Below are positions 10,981-20,802 of a DNA stretch of 64,000 nt, in pieces. A model generated the notes under the pieces. The model was not told the DNA's origin and made no database searches. It was given only the letters and a program-made list of their open reading frames with translations. The stretch is taken from assembly GCA_049610685.1 (NCBI GenBank), contig JBMYZU010000010.1, positions 2,460 to 66,459 of the forward strand, given 5' to 3'. The number at the start of each line of letters is the position of its first letter. Position 1 is the first letter of the stretch. A program made the translations under genes and the position numbers. The DNA comes from Chitinophagales bacterium (lineage in GTDB: Bacteria > Bacteroidota > Bacteroidia > Chitinophagales > UBA8649).

Positions 10981-11744
10981 AATATATTACTACAATACTC
11001 TGCCTTAGCTTTTGGTCAATTCAAGCCCAGGAAATCCCCTATCCTCAAGACTCTACTGCATTAGTTTATGTTATTCCAGGAGTTGCTCGAGCGAGCGAAG
11101 CTTACTTTACCTCAGGATTACAAGGCAAGGCTCAGCAAATTGAAGCGGAACGAGCCGTAGAATGCCAACATGCAGTATACACTTTGGCTTCAGATTTCTT
11201 TGACGTATTGCCCGTCTATTTCATCCATCAAGAAGATCTTCAACTCCTTCAAGATGGCACTCGTCGAGGTATCTTCTTAGATACTTTCTTAAATCCACAA
11301 CGGGATTTAGTCTGCATTGAAAAATATATTGTCTTAGCTGAAATTGGGCCGGTTTATGGAAGTCAACTGGCCGATCCCTACCATGACGGTAAAACCAGTA
11401 CGACTACGCAGACACCTCAAATCCAAGAGGCCTTTGTCCTTAAGGATATCCAGGGGAAACAACTTCATGGGCTTATGCCAAGTTATGCGGCTATCCGAAG
11501 CATCAGTAAAAAAAGACTTCAAGACTGGTCCTTAGTTTATGAGAAAGGTGGCTATAAAGTAGACACCCTGATATTTCAATATCCATCAAATCATCTCCTT
11601 TTTGCTAGGCCGGATAAAATTGAACAAGTTGATATAGCTATCGAACGTATGCGCCAAGGAAAGCTCAATGAGGGTCACCCAATTGCCAAAGCCATCATAC
11701 GTCTAAATGCAAGCCTTGCTAGCTACTACAAGCCAAAAGATTAA
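10968..11744 (+). CDS. hypothetical secreted protein
   Basis: 258-aa ORF with a signal peptide (..WSIQAQE). It overlaps the PspC gene by 13 nt and its stop overlaps the lipB start (TAATG). Confidence 0.6.
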   Translation: MGFVKYITTILCLSFWSIQAQEIPYPQDSTALVYVIPGVARASEAYFTSGLQGKAQQIEAERAVECQHAVYTLASDFFDVLPVYFIHQEDLQLLQDGTRRGIFLDTFLNPQRDLVCIEKYIVLAEIGPVYGSQLADPYHDGKTSTTTQTPQIQEAFVLKDIQGKQLHGLMPSYAAIRSISKKRLQDWSLVYEKGGYKVDTLIFQYPSNHLLFARPDKIEQVDIAIERMRQGKLNEGHPIAKAIIRLNASLASYYKPKD

Positions 11745-12391
11745 TGCGGTCCTATCTAGTCAACGATATGCCCCAAAATTATGAAGTTGTACTGCGGCAA
11801 CAGGAAGAACTTTTTAATGCCCTGATAAAGGCTAAGCAAGTTGATGAAACATCAGGAAAATCAAAGGATGAATATTGCATCCTCTGCGTACATGATCCAA
11901 TCTATACCATTGGGAAACGTACAGTAGAAGACAATTTTCTACTCAATACCCAATCCCTTCCCGCCCCGGTATATAAAACCAATCGAGGAGGCGAGGTTAC
12001 CTTTCATGGACATGGCCAATGGGTTGGTTATCCAATTTTTGATTTAGAACAACATAGCATAGGCTTAAAACATCATATTGAGCGTCTTGAAGAGGCTATC
12101 ATATTTGTGCTATCACACTATGGCATCAATAGCCATCGAAGCGATAAAGGAGCTGGAATTTGGGTTGGTGACGCAAAGATTTGTGCCATTGGTGTTCGAG
12201 CAAGTCGCTATGTTACCATGCATGGCTTTGCACTCAACGTGAATACCGATTTATCCTATTACAATACCATTGTCCCATGCGGAATTCGCAATGCCTCCGT
12301 CACCTCAATGCAAGACCAACTAGGCCAAGACATCGACATGCTCGAGGTAAGCCAGTGGATCATTCACGCGATGGATAAGTTCTATCCTTAA
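11744..12391 (+). CDS. lipB: lipoyl(octanoyl) transferase
   Basis: RGGEVTFHGHGQWVGYP and KICAIGVRASRYVTMHGFALNV motifs. Confidence 0.92.
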   Translation: MRSYLVNDMPQNYEVVLRQQEELFNALIKAKQVDETSGKSKDEYCILCVHDPIYTIGKRTVEDNFLLNTQSLPAPVYKTNRGGEVTFHGHGQWVGYPIFDLEQHSIGLKHHIERLEEAIIFVLSHYGINSHRSDKGAGIWVGDAKICAIGVRASRYVTMHGFALNVNTDLSYYNTIVPCGIRNASVTSMQDQLGQDIDMLEVSQWIIHAMDKFYP

Positions 12392-12449
12392 CCAAGTGAG
12401 TGCATGACGCCTTTAAATACGCGGAAAGAGATGTATCTTTACTCACGGT

Positions 12450-13505
12450 ATGGCAAAGGCACTGCATAACACCAAAAATCGAAAAGAGTTAATCGAAGAA
12501 CGTCTGCGTGAAGGGAAACCCATGTATACGCTCTCGTTTTACGCTTATGCCCATATTGGCAATCCTCAGGTTTTCCGAGACCACCTCTACAGTGCTTGGG
12601 AGCCCCTTGGAGTACTTGGCCGAGTACATGTTGCCAAAGAGGGAATCAATGCACAAATTGCCTATCCTATTGAGTCGAAAGAGGCTTGGGAAGCTACCAT
12701 GAAGAAGATCTCTTTTTTAAAAGACATTCGACACAATTATGCCGTAGAAGAAAAAAACCTCTCCTTCTACAAGCTCACGATCAAGGTCAGAAACAAAATT
12801 TTAGCTGATGGTTTAGAGGACGAAACCTTTGATGTGACCAATAAAGGAAGACATCTAGACGCTCAAGAATTCAACGAAAAGCTTCAGGATAAGAATACCA
12901 TTGTTATCGACATGCGTAATCATTACGAGCACGAAGTTGGTCGGTTTGAAAACGCCATAACACCTGACGTAGATAATTTTAGGGATTCACTTCCTTTCAT
13001 CGAAGAGACCATCCTACAATCCAACGAGGACAAAGAGGTCCTACTGTATTGCACAGGAGGTATTCGTTGTGAGAAGGCTAGCGCTTGGTTTAAGCATAAA
13101 GGATACAACAATGTTTACCAATTAGAAGGAGGAATCATCCACTATACCCATGAAGCGAAGGCCCAAGGACTTGATAATAAGTTTAAAGGGAAGAATTTCG
13201 TTTTCGATCACCGATTGGGCGAACGCATCAGTGAAGATATTCTGAGCACTTGTCATCAGTGTGGATCACCTTGCGATGACCATACCAATTGTGCCAATGT
13301 TGGATGTAATTTACTCTTTATCCAATGTCCATCTTGTGCACAGGATTATAACGCTTGTTGCTCCAATACGTGTAAAGAAGTCATTACCTGGCCAGAGGAA
13401 AAACAATCTATTTGGCGTAAACAGAGGAAGGCGGCCGAAGCAGAATCAGGCCAACGAAATGTGTTCCGTAAAGGCAGGTTCCCAAACAATGTAAAGCAAG
13501 CTTAG
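12450..13505 (+). CDS. trhO: rhodanese-domain tRNA uridine(34) hydroxylase (UPF0176/TrhO family)
   Basis: Rhodanese active-site loop YCTGGIRCEKA and a Cys-rich C-terminal region. Confidence 0.85.
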   Translation: MAKALHNTKNRKELIEERLREGKPMYTLSFYAYAHIGNPQVFRDHLYSAWEPLGVLGRVHVAKEGINAQIAYPIESKEAWEATMKKISFLKDIRHNYAVEEKNLSFYKLTIKVRNKILADGLEDETFDVTNKGRHLDAQEFNEKLQDKNTIVIDMRNHYEHEVGRFENAITPDVDNFRDSLPFIEETILQSNEDKEVLLYCTGGIRCEKASAWFKHKGYNNVYQLEGGIIHYTHEAKAQGLDNKFKGKNFVFDHRLGERISEDILSTCHQCGSPCDDHTNCANVGCNLLFIQCPSCAQDYNACCSNTCKEVITWPEEKQSIWRKQRKAAEAESGQRNVFRKGRFPNNVKQA

Positions 13506-13678
13506 GATTGCTGTTGACTGCGCAAGGCTTCTACCTTTCGCCATACTTCTTCTGCTTCTGCTTGTTTCGCATCAGAAGCTTTCCGATCAGAGTGACTCAA
13601 TCTATGGGCTTCTTTGACTAGTTTATCATACTGTTCAATCAATTTTTCTTCTTCCGTTTTTTTCCTAAACCATCCCAT
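13502..13678 (-). CDS. small helical protein, Lacal_2735-family-like (58 aa, below the ORF-track cutoff)
   Basis: Manual translation: MGWFRKKTEEEKLIEQYDKLVKEAHRLSHSDRKASDAKQAEAEEVWRKVEALRSQQQS. The pattern (FxKK..EKL...Y.KL..EA..LS..DR..SD....EA) recalls the flavobacterial Lacal_2735 miniprotein family. Confidence 0.6.
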   Translation of the reverse strand: MGWFRKKTEEEKLIEQYDKLVKEAHRLSHSDRKASDAKQAEAEEVWRKVEALRSQQQS

Positions 13679-13806
13679 AAATGCATTTGAGAAAGTAACC
13701 TTCTTGAGTCGAAAATTGTTTTTTACCGATGTTTGTTATTTGTGACTAAGCCAAGAGCTTCTCTCACAAAATGAGTTATCTTTAGAAGGAACCAAAGTAA
13801 AAATCC

Positions 13807-14856
13807 ATGGTACGATACCTCCTATTGTCCATTATGGCCTTGCTAATGCATGCAAACCTGTTAGCACAAGACGCCCATTTTTCCCAATACTATACCTTTG
13901 CTCAAAACCTAAATCCCGCCCTCACGGCAAACTATGAAGGTTCTTATAGAGTTGCGCTGATGCATAGAAATCAGTGGGCATCCTTTCTTGACAATAGTGG
14001 CTTTATGACCACAGGCGCTGCATTAGACCTCAGTATTCTCGATGGACAATTGGGATCCGACAAATTAGGACTAGGATTAGTTATGCAGCATGACCGATTT
14101 GGCCAAGGAAGCCTAACCTCTATCCAAGGAGGCCTATCCCTGGCATACCACAAAGCCATCGGACGGTTTAGCAAACATCGCATCTCTATAGGAGCTCAAA
14201 CGGCCTTTCAACAACGTAGACTGGATGAGTCAAGTCTTTTATTTTATGATCAATTTGACAACTACAGCCACGGAGCCTTCGGTCCTACCGATGAGGCGAT
14301 CGTTCAAGGGAACTCAATGTTTTTTGACTTTGGTGCTGGAATCTATTGGAAAGCTCGGTTGAGCGATAAACTTTTGATGCAAGCGGGATTTAGCGCTTGG
14401 CATATTCATAAACCAACCGAGTTTTTTATCGCGGAAAGCCAAGATGCCTTTCTGCCTGCGCGCTACCAAGCAGACCTTGGAGCGGAAATATTCCTCAACG
14501 ATAAAATGAATCTCAGCATCCAGCCAGATGTTTTAGTAAACTTTCAAGGCGAGGCACAAGAAACGCTAATCGGGGCCTTTGTCGGCCATTATTTCAGTAC
14601 AGGATTTCGCAATCGCTCAGGAATTCATGGTGGATTTAGGGCACGGCTCAACAGATTTGATCAAGTCGATGCATTAATCGCCATGCTCGCAGTAGAGTTT
14701 AGAAACTTTCGAATTGGTGGAGCCTACGACATCAATCTTTCAGGTCTCAGCACAGTATCGCAAGGGAATGGAGGATTTGAGATATCTCTGGTATACATTG
14801 GTGAGGGAATTAGCAAATTCAAAGCTGATCGCAGTTTGCCAGCACGTCGATTTTAA
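13807..14856 (+). CDS. PorP/SprF family type IX secretion system membrane protein (copy 2)
   Basis: Signal peptide followed by AQDAHFSQYYTFAQNLNPALTA. The C-terminal ..GGFEISLVYIG...RRF parallels copy 1. Confidence 0.85.
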   Translation: MVRYLLLSIMALLMHANLLAQDAHFSQYYTFAQNLNPALTANYEGSYRVALMHRNQWASFLDNSGFMTTGAALDLSILDGQLGSDKLGLGLVMQHDRFGQGSLTSIQGGLSLAYHKAIGRFSKHRISIGAQTAFQQRRLDESSLLFYDQFDNYSHGAFGPTDEAIVQGNSMFFDFGAGIYWKARLSDKLLMQAGFSAWHIHKPTEFFIAESQDAFLPARYQADLGAEIFLNDKMNLSIQPDVLVNFQGEAQETLIGAFVGHYFSTGFRNRSGIHGGFRARLNRFDQVDALIAMLAVEFRNFRIGGAYDINLSGLSTVSQGNGGFEISLVYIGEGISKFKADRSLPARRF

Positions 14857-14867
14857 AATCCAGCTTC

Positions 14868-17162
14868 ATGAAATCATTCCAATTCAATAAGATTGCGTGG
14901 ATCATATTGTTGATCACATCTAGTCTTTCCGTAGAGGCTCAAAGCGATATCGATGTATCGAGCACATCTAATCCAAAGCGTGATTTACGCTTAGGCAACA
15001 CCCTCCTTAACCAAGGATATTTTTACGATGCTGCAGATTATTTCCTCTTTGCACTTAGCAACCTTGAAAAGGGGTCTATGAACTACCGGAAGGCTTGCTA
15101 TGGGATGGGCATGGCCTCCTTAGCGTCAAGAAACTACTCTCAGGCATACACTTATCTGAAGGAGGTAGCCCTCTATGCACCGGTAACACCAAGAGAGAAG
15201 AAGCAGTGGGAAAGACTTCAATCCAATCTATTTCCTTTGATACATTACCACTATGGGGTCGCCGCTAAACAAGCGATGCAATACGATGAGGCAACCAATG
15301 CCCTCAATCTTTTCATCGAATCTTATGATGGGAAGGATGCAGAAACCATGAAATCAGCCGCTCAAGTTCAACTCGAGGGAATAGGCCTAGCCCTTCTAAA
15401 GATTGCCCCGGCGAGTCTTAGTATTAAACCTGTTCAAGGAGTAAATGGAATCTATAATGAAATGGGGCTTGCTGCATGGGAAGATGAATTGTACTTCACC
15501 TCCATAGCAACTCAACGTCCTCTTGAAATTGATGAAGGACAATACTCCCTCTATATGCAGAATGAAGGGCAAAATGTTATGGTGGATGGCTTAATCACAG
15601 ACCCCAGTCGATCAATAGGCAGTGTAGCCATAAGCGACGATGGATCCGTAATGGTTTTTTCCGAGTGCTTGAGTGAAGTCCGAGATAATACCTCTCAATG
15701 CCATCTTCGTCTAGCAACAAGAGATGACTCCACTTGGGTCACCAAGCCAGCCTTTAGCGAAGCGGTAAATCATGAAAACTTTACTTCCACCCATCCAACC
15801 ATCCGGCAAGAAGACAATTACTATGTAGTATACTTTGCCTCAAACAAGGACCTAGGTAAAGGAGGATTGGATTTGTATGAGTGTATTCTTACCGATAACG
15901 GCGGCGTAAAAGGTCCGAATGCCTTACACTCAGTGAATACTGCAATGGATGACATCTCTCCCTTTTATGATCAGTTTACCAAGAGACTCTACTTTTCCTC
16001 GAATGGATATTCTGGCTTTGGAGGCTTTGACATCTTTTACACATCTCAAGATTCGTTATCGCAGTGGAGGACGCCACAAAATATGATGAGGCCATTAAAC
16101 AGCTATGCAGATGATGTTTTTTACAGAAAAGTGCAAGGCAAGAGCTTATCGGATGAATCAGAACGTGGATATTTAATCAGCAACAGAGAAGGGACAACAT
16201 ATTTCAAACACAGCACATCCAATGATGATATATTCGTTTTCGATGTATTCACTTTTGATTTTGAAGGCTTCGTTTCGGAGAATCGAAAAGATGGAAGCTT
16301 TCCACTGGAGCAGAGCACGGTTGTTATTGCGACCCTAGATTCATTAGATGAGATAATCAACTTTGACACACTCATCATGGAAGAAAACATTGAGTTTAAC
16401 ACCGCCTTGCGAGCGGGTCGTAAGTATAAAATTACTGTCGAGCAAGAAGGATTTAGCAAGGATGAAGTTGAGATAAATACTGCCGGTCTAACCGAAAATG
16501 CTGTAGTTCAGCACAACTTTGCGCTCAATCGTGTAAATGCCAAAATTATTGGGACTGCCCGCGATGCCAGCACAAAAGAACCCTTGTCTAAAACCGTGGT
16601 TAAGCTTATTGATGTGCATAGTGGAGCGACATTGTCTTTGCGTCAAACGAGCGACAATGGCTCATTCAGCTTTGATGTAAATACAGCAAAAGAATATCGA
16701 TTAGAGTTAGCCCGTGCATCGTATTTCATGCATAAAATCTCCACCTACGTCGATAGCGACAGCCTTGTTGAAGGGAAGCTCTTGATCAATGCGGATATGA
16801 ATGCCATTCAAAAAGATCAGGCCTATGCCATCGATGATGTTCTTTTTGCAACAGGAAAAGCTGAGTTAAATGCCCAATCAAAAGAAATTCTTGATGAATT
16901 GATTGTAACGATGAAAGAGAACCCTACCCTCATCATTGAAATGGGTTCACATACCGATGATGTGGGAGGCGATGCAATGAATCTCACGTTATCCCAAAAA
17001 AGAGCTGAATCCTGTGTTAACTATATGGTCGAAGGTGGAATTCGAGCTGATCGCCTTATTGCTCGGGGTTATGGCGAGGCAGTGCCAGTGGCTGATAACT
17101 CCTCAGAAGAAGGTCGTTCTAAAAACCGTAGAACTGAGTTTAAAGTGATTGGAGGTTTGTAA
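14868..17162 (+). CDS. OmpA family protein with TPR-like, PD40-like, carboxypeptidase-regulatory-like and OmpA_C domains (PorE/PG1058-like, copy 2)
   Basis: PD40-like segments VVYFASNKDLGKGGLDLYEC and LYFSSNGYSGFGGFDIFY. CRD-like IIGTARDASTKEPLSKTVVKLID..SDNGSFSF. OmpA_C GSHTDDVGGDAMNLTLSQKRA..NRRTEF. Confidence 0.8.
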   Translation: MKSFQFNKIAWIILLITSSLSVEAQSDIDVSSTSNPKRDLRLGNTLLNQGYFYDAADYFLFALSNLEKGSMNYRKACYGMGMASLASRNYSQAYTYLKEVALYAPVTPREKKQWERLQSNLFPLIHYHYGVAAKQAMQYDEATNALNLFIESYDGKDAETMKSAAQVQLEGIGLALLKIAPASLSIKPVQGVNGIYNEMGLAAWEDELYFTSIATQRPLEIDEGQYSLYMQNEGQNVMVDGLITDPSRSIGSVAISDDGSVMVFSECLSEVRDNTSQCHLRLATRDDSTWVTKPAFSEAVNHENFTSTHPTIRQEDNYYVVYFASNKDLGKGGLDLYECILTDNGGVKGPNALHSVNTAMDDISPFYDQFTKRLYFSSNGYSGFGGFDIFYTSQDSLSQWRTPQNMMRPLNSYADDVFYRKVQGKSLSDESERGYLISNREGTTYFKHSTSNDDIFVFDVFTFDFEGFVSENRKDGSFPLEQSTVVIATLDSLDEIINFDTLIMEENIEFNTALRAGRKYKITVEQEGFSKDEVEINTAGLTENAVVQHNFALNRVNAKIIGTARDASTKEPLSKTVVKLIDVHSGATLSLRQTSDNGSFSFDVNTAKEYRLELARASYFMHKISTYVDSDSLVEGKLLINADMNAIQKDQAYAIDDVLFATGKAELNAQSKEILDELIVTMKENPTLIIEMGSHTDDVGGDAMNLTLSQKRAESCVNYMVEGGIRADRLIARGYGEAVPVADNSSEEGRSKNRRTEFKVIGGL

Positions 17163-17190
17163 TTGATCTTTTTGAATTTACTGGGTATTG

Positions 17191-17550
17191 ATGCAGAAAC
17201 TATTCCATCTATTTAGGACAACATTTATCCTCTTACCCTTAATCTATATTGGCTTTTCATTTCTCGGTGAGGACAATCATTCTTTACCCTTAGAAATACT
17301 ATATGGTTTGCCGTTTATCCTATTCGGAGTCTATTTTATCAAAAAACAGAAATCCTCTGTCGTCTTACTTGCTTCGCTGTATCTCCTTCATATAGTCTAT
17401 GATTGCTTCAGTGAAGATTTAACAAACAACATTGGAGTGTTTTATCCTTACCGACAGTTATGCTCTGTTTACGACTTCTTAGTAGGATGCTTTTTATTCT
17501 ACTATGCATTTCATGTGAAGAAAAACGCAAAATCCTCAGTACGTCTTTAG
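17191..17550 (+). CDS. hypothetical small membrane protein
   Basis: About four hydrophobic helices. ATG at 17191 (the ORF track uses TTG at 17188). No family recognised. Confidence 0.5.
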   Translation: MQKLFHLFRTTFILLPLIYIGFSFLGEDNHSLPLEILYGLPFILFGVYFIKKQKSSVVLLASLYLLHIVYDCFSEDLTNNIGVFYPYRQLCSVYDFLVGCFLFYYAFHVKKNAKSSVRL

Positions 17551-17681
17551 ACGCTAACTCTATTGTCCCTCTAAACCAGCCACTGCACCATTCCGGTATA
17601 GACTAAGTGGCTTAGGAGAACATTAACCCTCCTGCTGTGGTTCTTAGTATGGAATAGTACATTTGCCTCAAAATCAACGAA

Positions 17682-20162
17682 ATGAAACGCCTCTTACTTC
17701 TCTTTCATATACTTTCGTTCAGCGTGTTAACCGCACAGCCACCATCAGGAATGTACGGTGGTGGTGGAGATCGGCCGGCATGGGTTATCATAGGAGAGAT
17801 TGCTGATGAGGCCAATGAAGCGCTACCCTATGTTAATGTCGAGCTAATCAAGCTTAGCGATACTTCCATTTTAGCAAGTACCACGACCGATGGCGAGGGC
17901 AAGTTCTTTCTACCTGCTGAAGAGGTCGCTCCTTCGTTTATCAAGGCAACCTATCTGAGCTTTTCACCCCTTATTATCGAGGAGTTAAATATGAACAGTC
18001 CTTTTGTTAATCTTGGACGACTCACCATGAACGCCAACAATGACTTACTCGATGAAGTTGTCGTAGAGGGAGAGCGCTCGACCTTTGAGCTGCGGGCCGA
18101 TATGAGGGTCTTTAACGTAGGTAACGATCTAGCCAATACGGGAATGGATGCCTTACAAGTCCTAGAAAACGTTCCATCCCTCACGATTGATCAAGATGGT
18201 AATGTTGAGCTACGTGGAAGTGCCAATGTGCGCATTCTTATCGATGGAAAACCTTCGAGCTTACTTGCCAGCGGAACCGATGGCCTACGTCAGATTCCAG
18301 CAAACCTTCTAGAAAAGGTTGAGATCATAACCAATCCATCTGCCCGTTACGATGCAGAAGGCGAAGCAGGCATCATCAATATCGTACTCAAAGAAGAAAA
18401 GGATCTTGGGCTCAATGGCTCAGTAAAACTTCAGACTGGCTATCCTAACAATCATGGCTTTACGGGAGTACTCAATTGGAACCCTGGCAAATTCAATTTC
18501 TTTTCCAGTTATGGTTTCATGTATAGAAAAATGCCAGGAGAAAGGGAATTCCGACAAACCTACTCAGCAAGTGATGCATTCGACACGAGCTACAGTTACC
18601 TCACGCAGGGAGAGCACTTTCGCGGAGGCCTTAGACATACTGCTCGTCTTGGTGTTGAGTTTAAGCCTACTGACAAGACGACCTTTGAAATCAGCGGAGT
18701 CTTAGGTCTTCGAGACAACAGCAATGGAAATACCATTACCTACACGGACTTCAACGACGCAAATGCAATCAATACGATTGCTCAAAGTACTCGAACAGAA
18801 GATGAAAGTGAAGAGGCACTCAACTGGGACCTCAATGCAAGTTTCGACCAACAGTTTGGTGACAATAAGGATCACAGATTAAGCATCGAAGGACGTTACT
18901 CCGATTCAAAAGATGAAGAAGCAGGAGTTTTTACTCAACTCTACGATACATCTATATCGACTTCATTTGCTAATCTCTACCAAATCAATACCAATACTGA
19001 AAATCAGGTGGACTGGTTAGCCCAGGCAGACTATACCCTGCCGACGGGATCAACAGGTAAGATTGAGCTCGGAGGGAAAGCGACAGTGCGCATATTAGAG
19101 AACAGCTATGACGTCCAAGACAGCCCATCAGAAGATGGGATCTACACTTCAATTCCTGGTTTAAAAAATACCTTCGGATATGACGAGGGAGTTTATGCTG
19201 CCTACATTCAAACGAATCAGACCTATGGTAAGTTTAGTTTCAACGTAGGGCTTCGAGGAGAGGAAACCGTCATTAAAGCCAATCTCCTCAATACGGACAC
19301 CTTTAGTTCAACCACCAATTTCGATCGACGATATTTTCAACTTTTCCCTAGTGCAAGTCTCTCCTATGCGTTGTCCGATAAGCACAACTTACAGTTGAGC
19401 TATAGCCGTCGTCTTCGTCGACCATGGTTCCGCTACCTCCTCCCCTTCTCATCCTATGCAGATGCGCGAAACTTTTGGAGAGGTAATCCTGACTTAAACC
19501 CGGCCTATACCAACTCAACAGAGTTAACCTATCTCTACCGAACGATGAAGACGACCCTCATGGTGAGCACCTACTATCGCTACCGAACAGGAGTTATCCA
19601 GCGTATTCTTGTTGGAGGAGATGATGGAATCACCGAAAGTATACCTGTAAATCTCGCTACTGAAAATGACTGGGGACTTGAGTCTAATGTAAACCTTAAC
19701 TTCTCAAGAGCTTTTCGAGTAAATATGGGGGGAACCTTCTTCTACTCAAACCGAAAAGGAAATTATGAAGACCAAGATTTATCTGCCGAAACATTCGGAT
19801 TCAGAGGACGTGTCTCTCTGAACCTTACGCTCTGGAAAAAACTTAAAATTCAATCAGGTGTGAATTATAGTTCGCCAACGCAAACTCCGCAAGGACGAAG
19901 CCTAGCCTTTTCCATGTGGCAAGCAGGCGTGTCAATCGATGTGTTTAAGAAAAATGCAACGTTTGCATTAAATGTCAATGACATTTTGAACACGGGACGA
20001 TGGCGTTGGCAAGTGGAGACGCCTACGCTTGCAACTAATGGCATGTTCCAATGGCGTCAACGCAATGCCACCATGACTTTTACCTACCGCTTTAACCAAC
20101 AAGGTGATCGGAGATATTCTGGACGCCCTGGAGGTGGTATGGATATGGACATGGAGTTTTAA
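17682..20162 (+). CDS. TonB-dependent-receptor-like outer membrane beta-barrel protein with N-terminal carboxypeptidase-regulatory-like domain
   Basis: Signal peptide, CRD-like region (VNVELIKLSDTSILASTTTDGEGKFFL), plug-like region (ALQVLENVPSLTIDQDGNVELRGS) and a long beta-barrel ending in F. Confidence 0.8.
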   Translation: MKRLLLLFHILSFSVLTAQPPSGMYGGGGDRPAWVIIGEIADEANEALPYVNVELIKLSDTSILASTTTDGEGKFFLPAEEVAPSFIKATYLSFSPLIIEELNMNSPFVNLGRLTMNANNDLLDEVVVEGERSTFELRADMRVFNVGNDLANTGMDALQVLENVPSLTIDQDGNVELRGSANVRILIDGKPSSLLASGTDGLRQIPANLLEKVEIITNPSARYDAEGEAGIINIVLKEEKDLGLNGSVKLQTGYPNNHGFTGVLNWNPGKFNFFSSYGFMYRKMPGEREFRQTYSASDAFDTSYSYLTQGEHFRGGLRHTARLGVEFKPTDKTTFEISGVLGLRDNSNGNTITYTDFNDANAINTIAQSTRTEDESEEALNWDLNASFDQQFGDNKDHRLSIEGRYSDSKDEEAGVFTQLYDTSISTSFANLYQINTNTENQVDWLAQADYTLPTGSTGKIELGGKATVRILENSYDVQDSPSEDGIYTSIPGLKNTFGYDEGVYAAYIQTNQTYGKFSFNVGLRGEETVIKANLLNTDTFSSTTNFDRRYFQLFPSASLSYALSDKHNLQLSYSRRLRRPWFRYLLPFSSYADARNFWRGNPDLNPAYTNSTELTYLYRTMKTTLMVSTYYRYRTGVIQRILVGGDDGITESIPVNLATENDWGLESNVNLNFSRAFRVNMGGTFFYSNRKGNYEDQDLSAETFGFRGRVSLNLTLWKKLKIQSGVNYSSPTQTPQGRSLAFSMWQAGVSIDVFKKNATFALNVNDILNTGRWRWQVETPTLATNGMFQWRQRNATMTFTYRFNQQGDRRYSGRPGGGMDMDMEF

Positions 20163-20172
20163 CTGCTAATGA

Positions 20173-20802
20173 TTAAGCAGTAACTAGACCTTCTTCAGTG
20201 ATTTTAAGGGTTGTATTGATATGAGCGACCTCTCGTTCTTCATTGCTTGCAATTAAGAGCAACCGGTCGTTAAACAAGGACTCTTGGCCATACAAAACCG
20301 ATTCTATCCATTGTTTACCCTCTTCATCTAGATTCGACATGGGCTCATCCAAAGCCACGAGCTTTGAGCTACTGTAACAAGCCTGTGCTAACTTGACCCG
20401 TTGAAGCATTCCCGTGCTAAACTTTGAAAGGCGAATATCAGAAGGAAGGGAAAGCACATTCAGTATTTCATCCAGCGACACAAGAAAAGGTTTGAAGGCT
20501 TGATGAAGATGCATAAACTCTTTAAGTGTTAAATGCATAGGAAGTTGCATAGAAGGACCAGCATAGGTTATATGTTGATTGACATCCATTCGATCAATCT
20601 CTTGATCATCAATCAACCATTGTATAGTGCCCAGAGTAGGTTCAATATAACCAATGAGCAATTGAAGTAAGGTAGATTTTCCGGACCCATTACTTCCCTT
20701 TACAGCCCACATGGAGGCACCTTCTAAGGAGAAACTGGCTTGCTTATATAACCAGCGTTGTTGACGTTGAATATCAATTCCCTGCGCCCTAACCTCAATC
20801 AT
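20173..20802 (-). CDS. ABC transporter ATP-binding protein (short, single domain)
   Basis: Walker A GSNGSGKST, degenerate signature FSTGMLQR and Walker B LVALDEP. ATGA-type overlap with lpxA. Confidence 0.85.
   Translation of the reverse strand: MIEVRAQGIDIQRQQRWLYKQASFSLEGASMWAVKGSNGSGKSTLLQLLIGYIEPTLGTIQWLIDDQEIDRMDVNQHITYAGPSMQLPMHLTLKEFMHLHQAFKPFLVSLDEILNVLSLPSDIRLSKFSTGMLQRVKLAQACYSSSKLVALDEPMSNLDEEGKQWIESVLYGQESLFNDRLLLIASNEEREVAHINTTLKITEEGLVTA

Noticed and set aside
17551-17681. The 131-nt leader upstream of the TonB-dependent-like receptor contains GCCACTG and a 7-bp hairpin (agccact...agtggct). This suggested a cobalamin riboswitch B12 box.
   Set aside because: The other conserved cobalamin riboswitch elements (GGTG..AATCC, GC.G.CCCCGC.ACTGT, downstream GGGAAGGC) are absent by eye. 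The region is also too short for the full aptamer. A covariance-model scan (Rfam cobalamin, TPP and others) would settle it.
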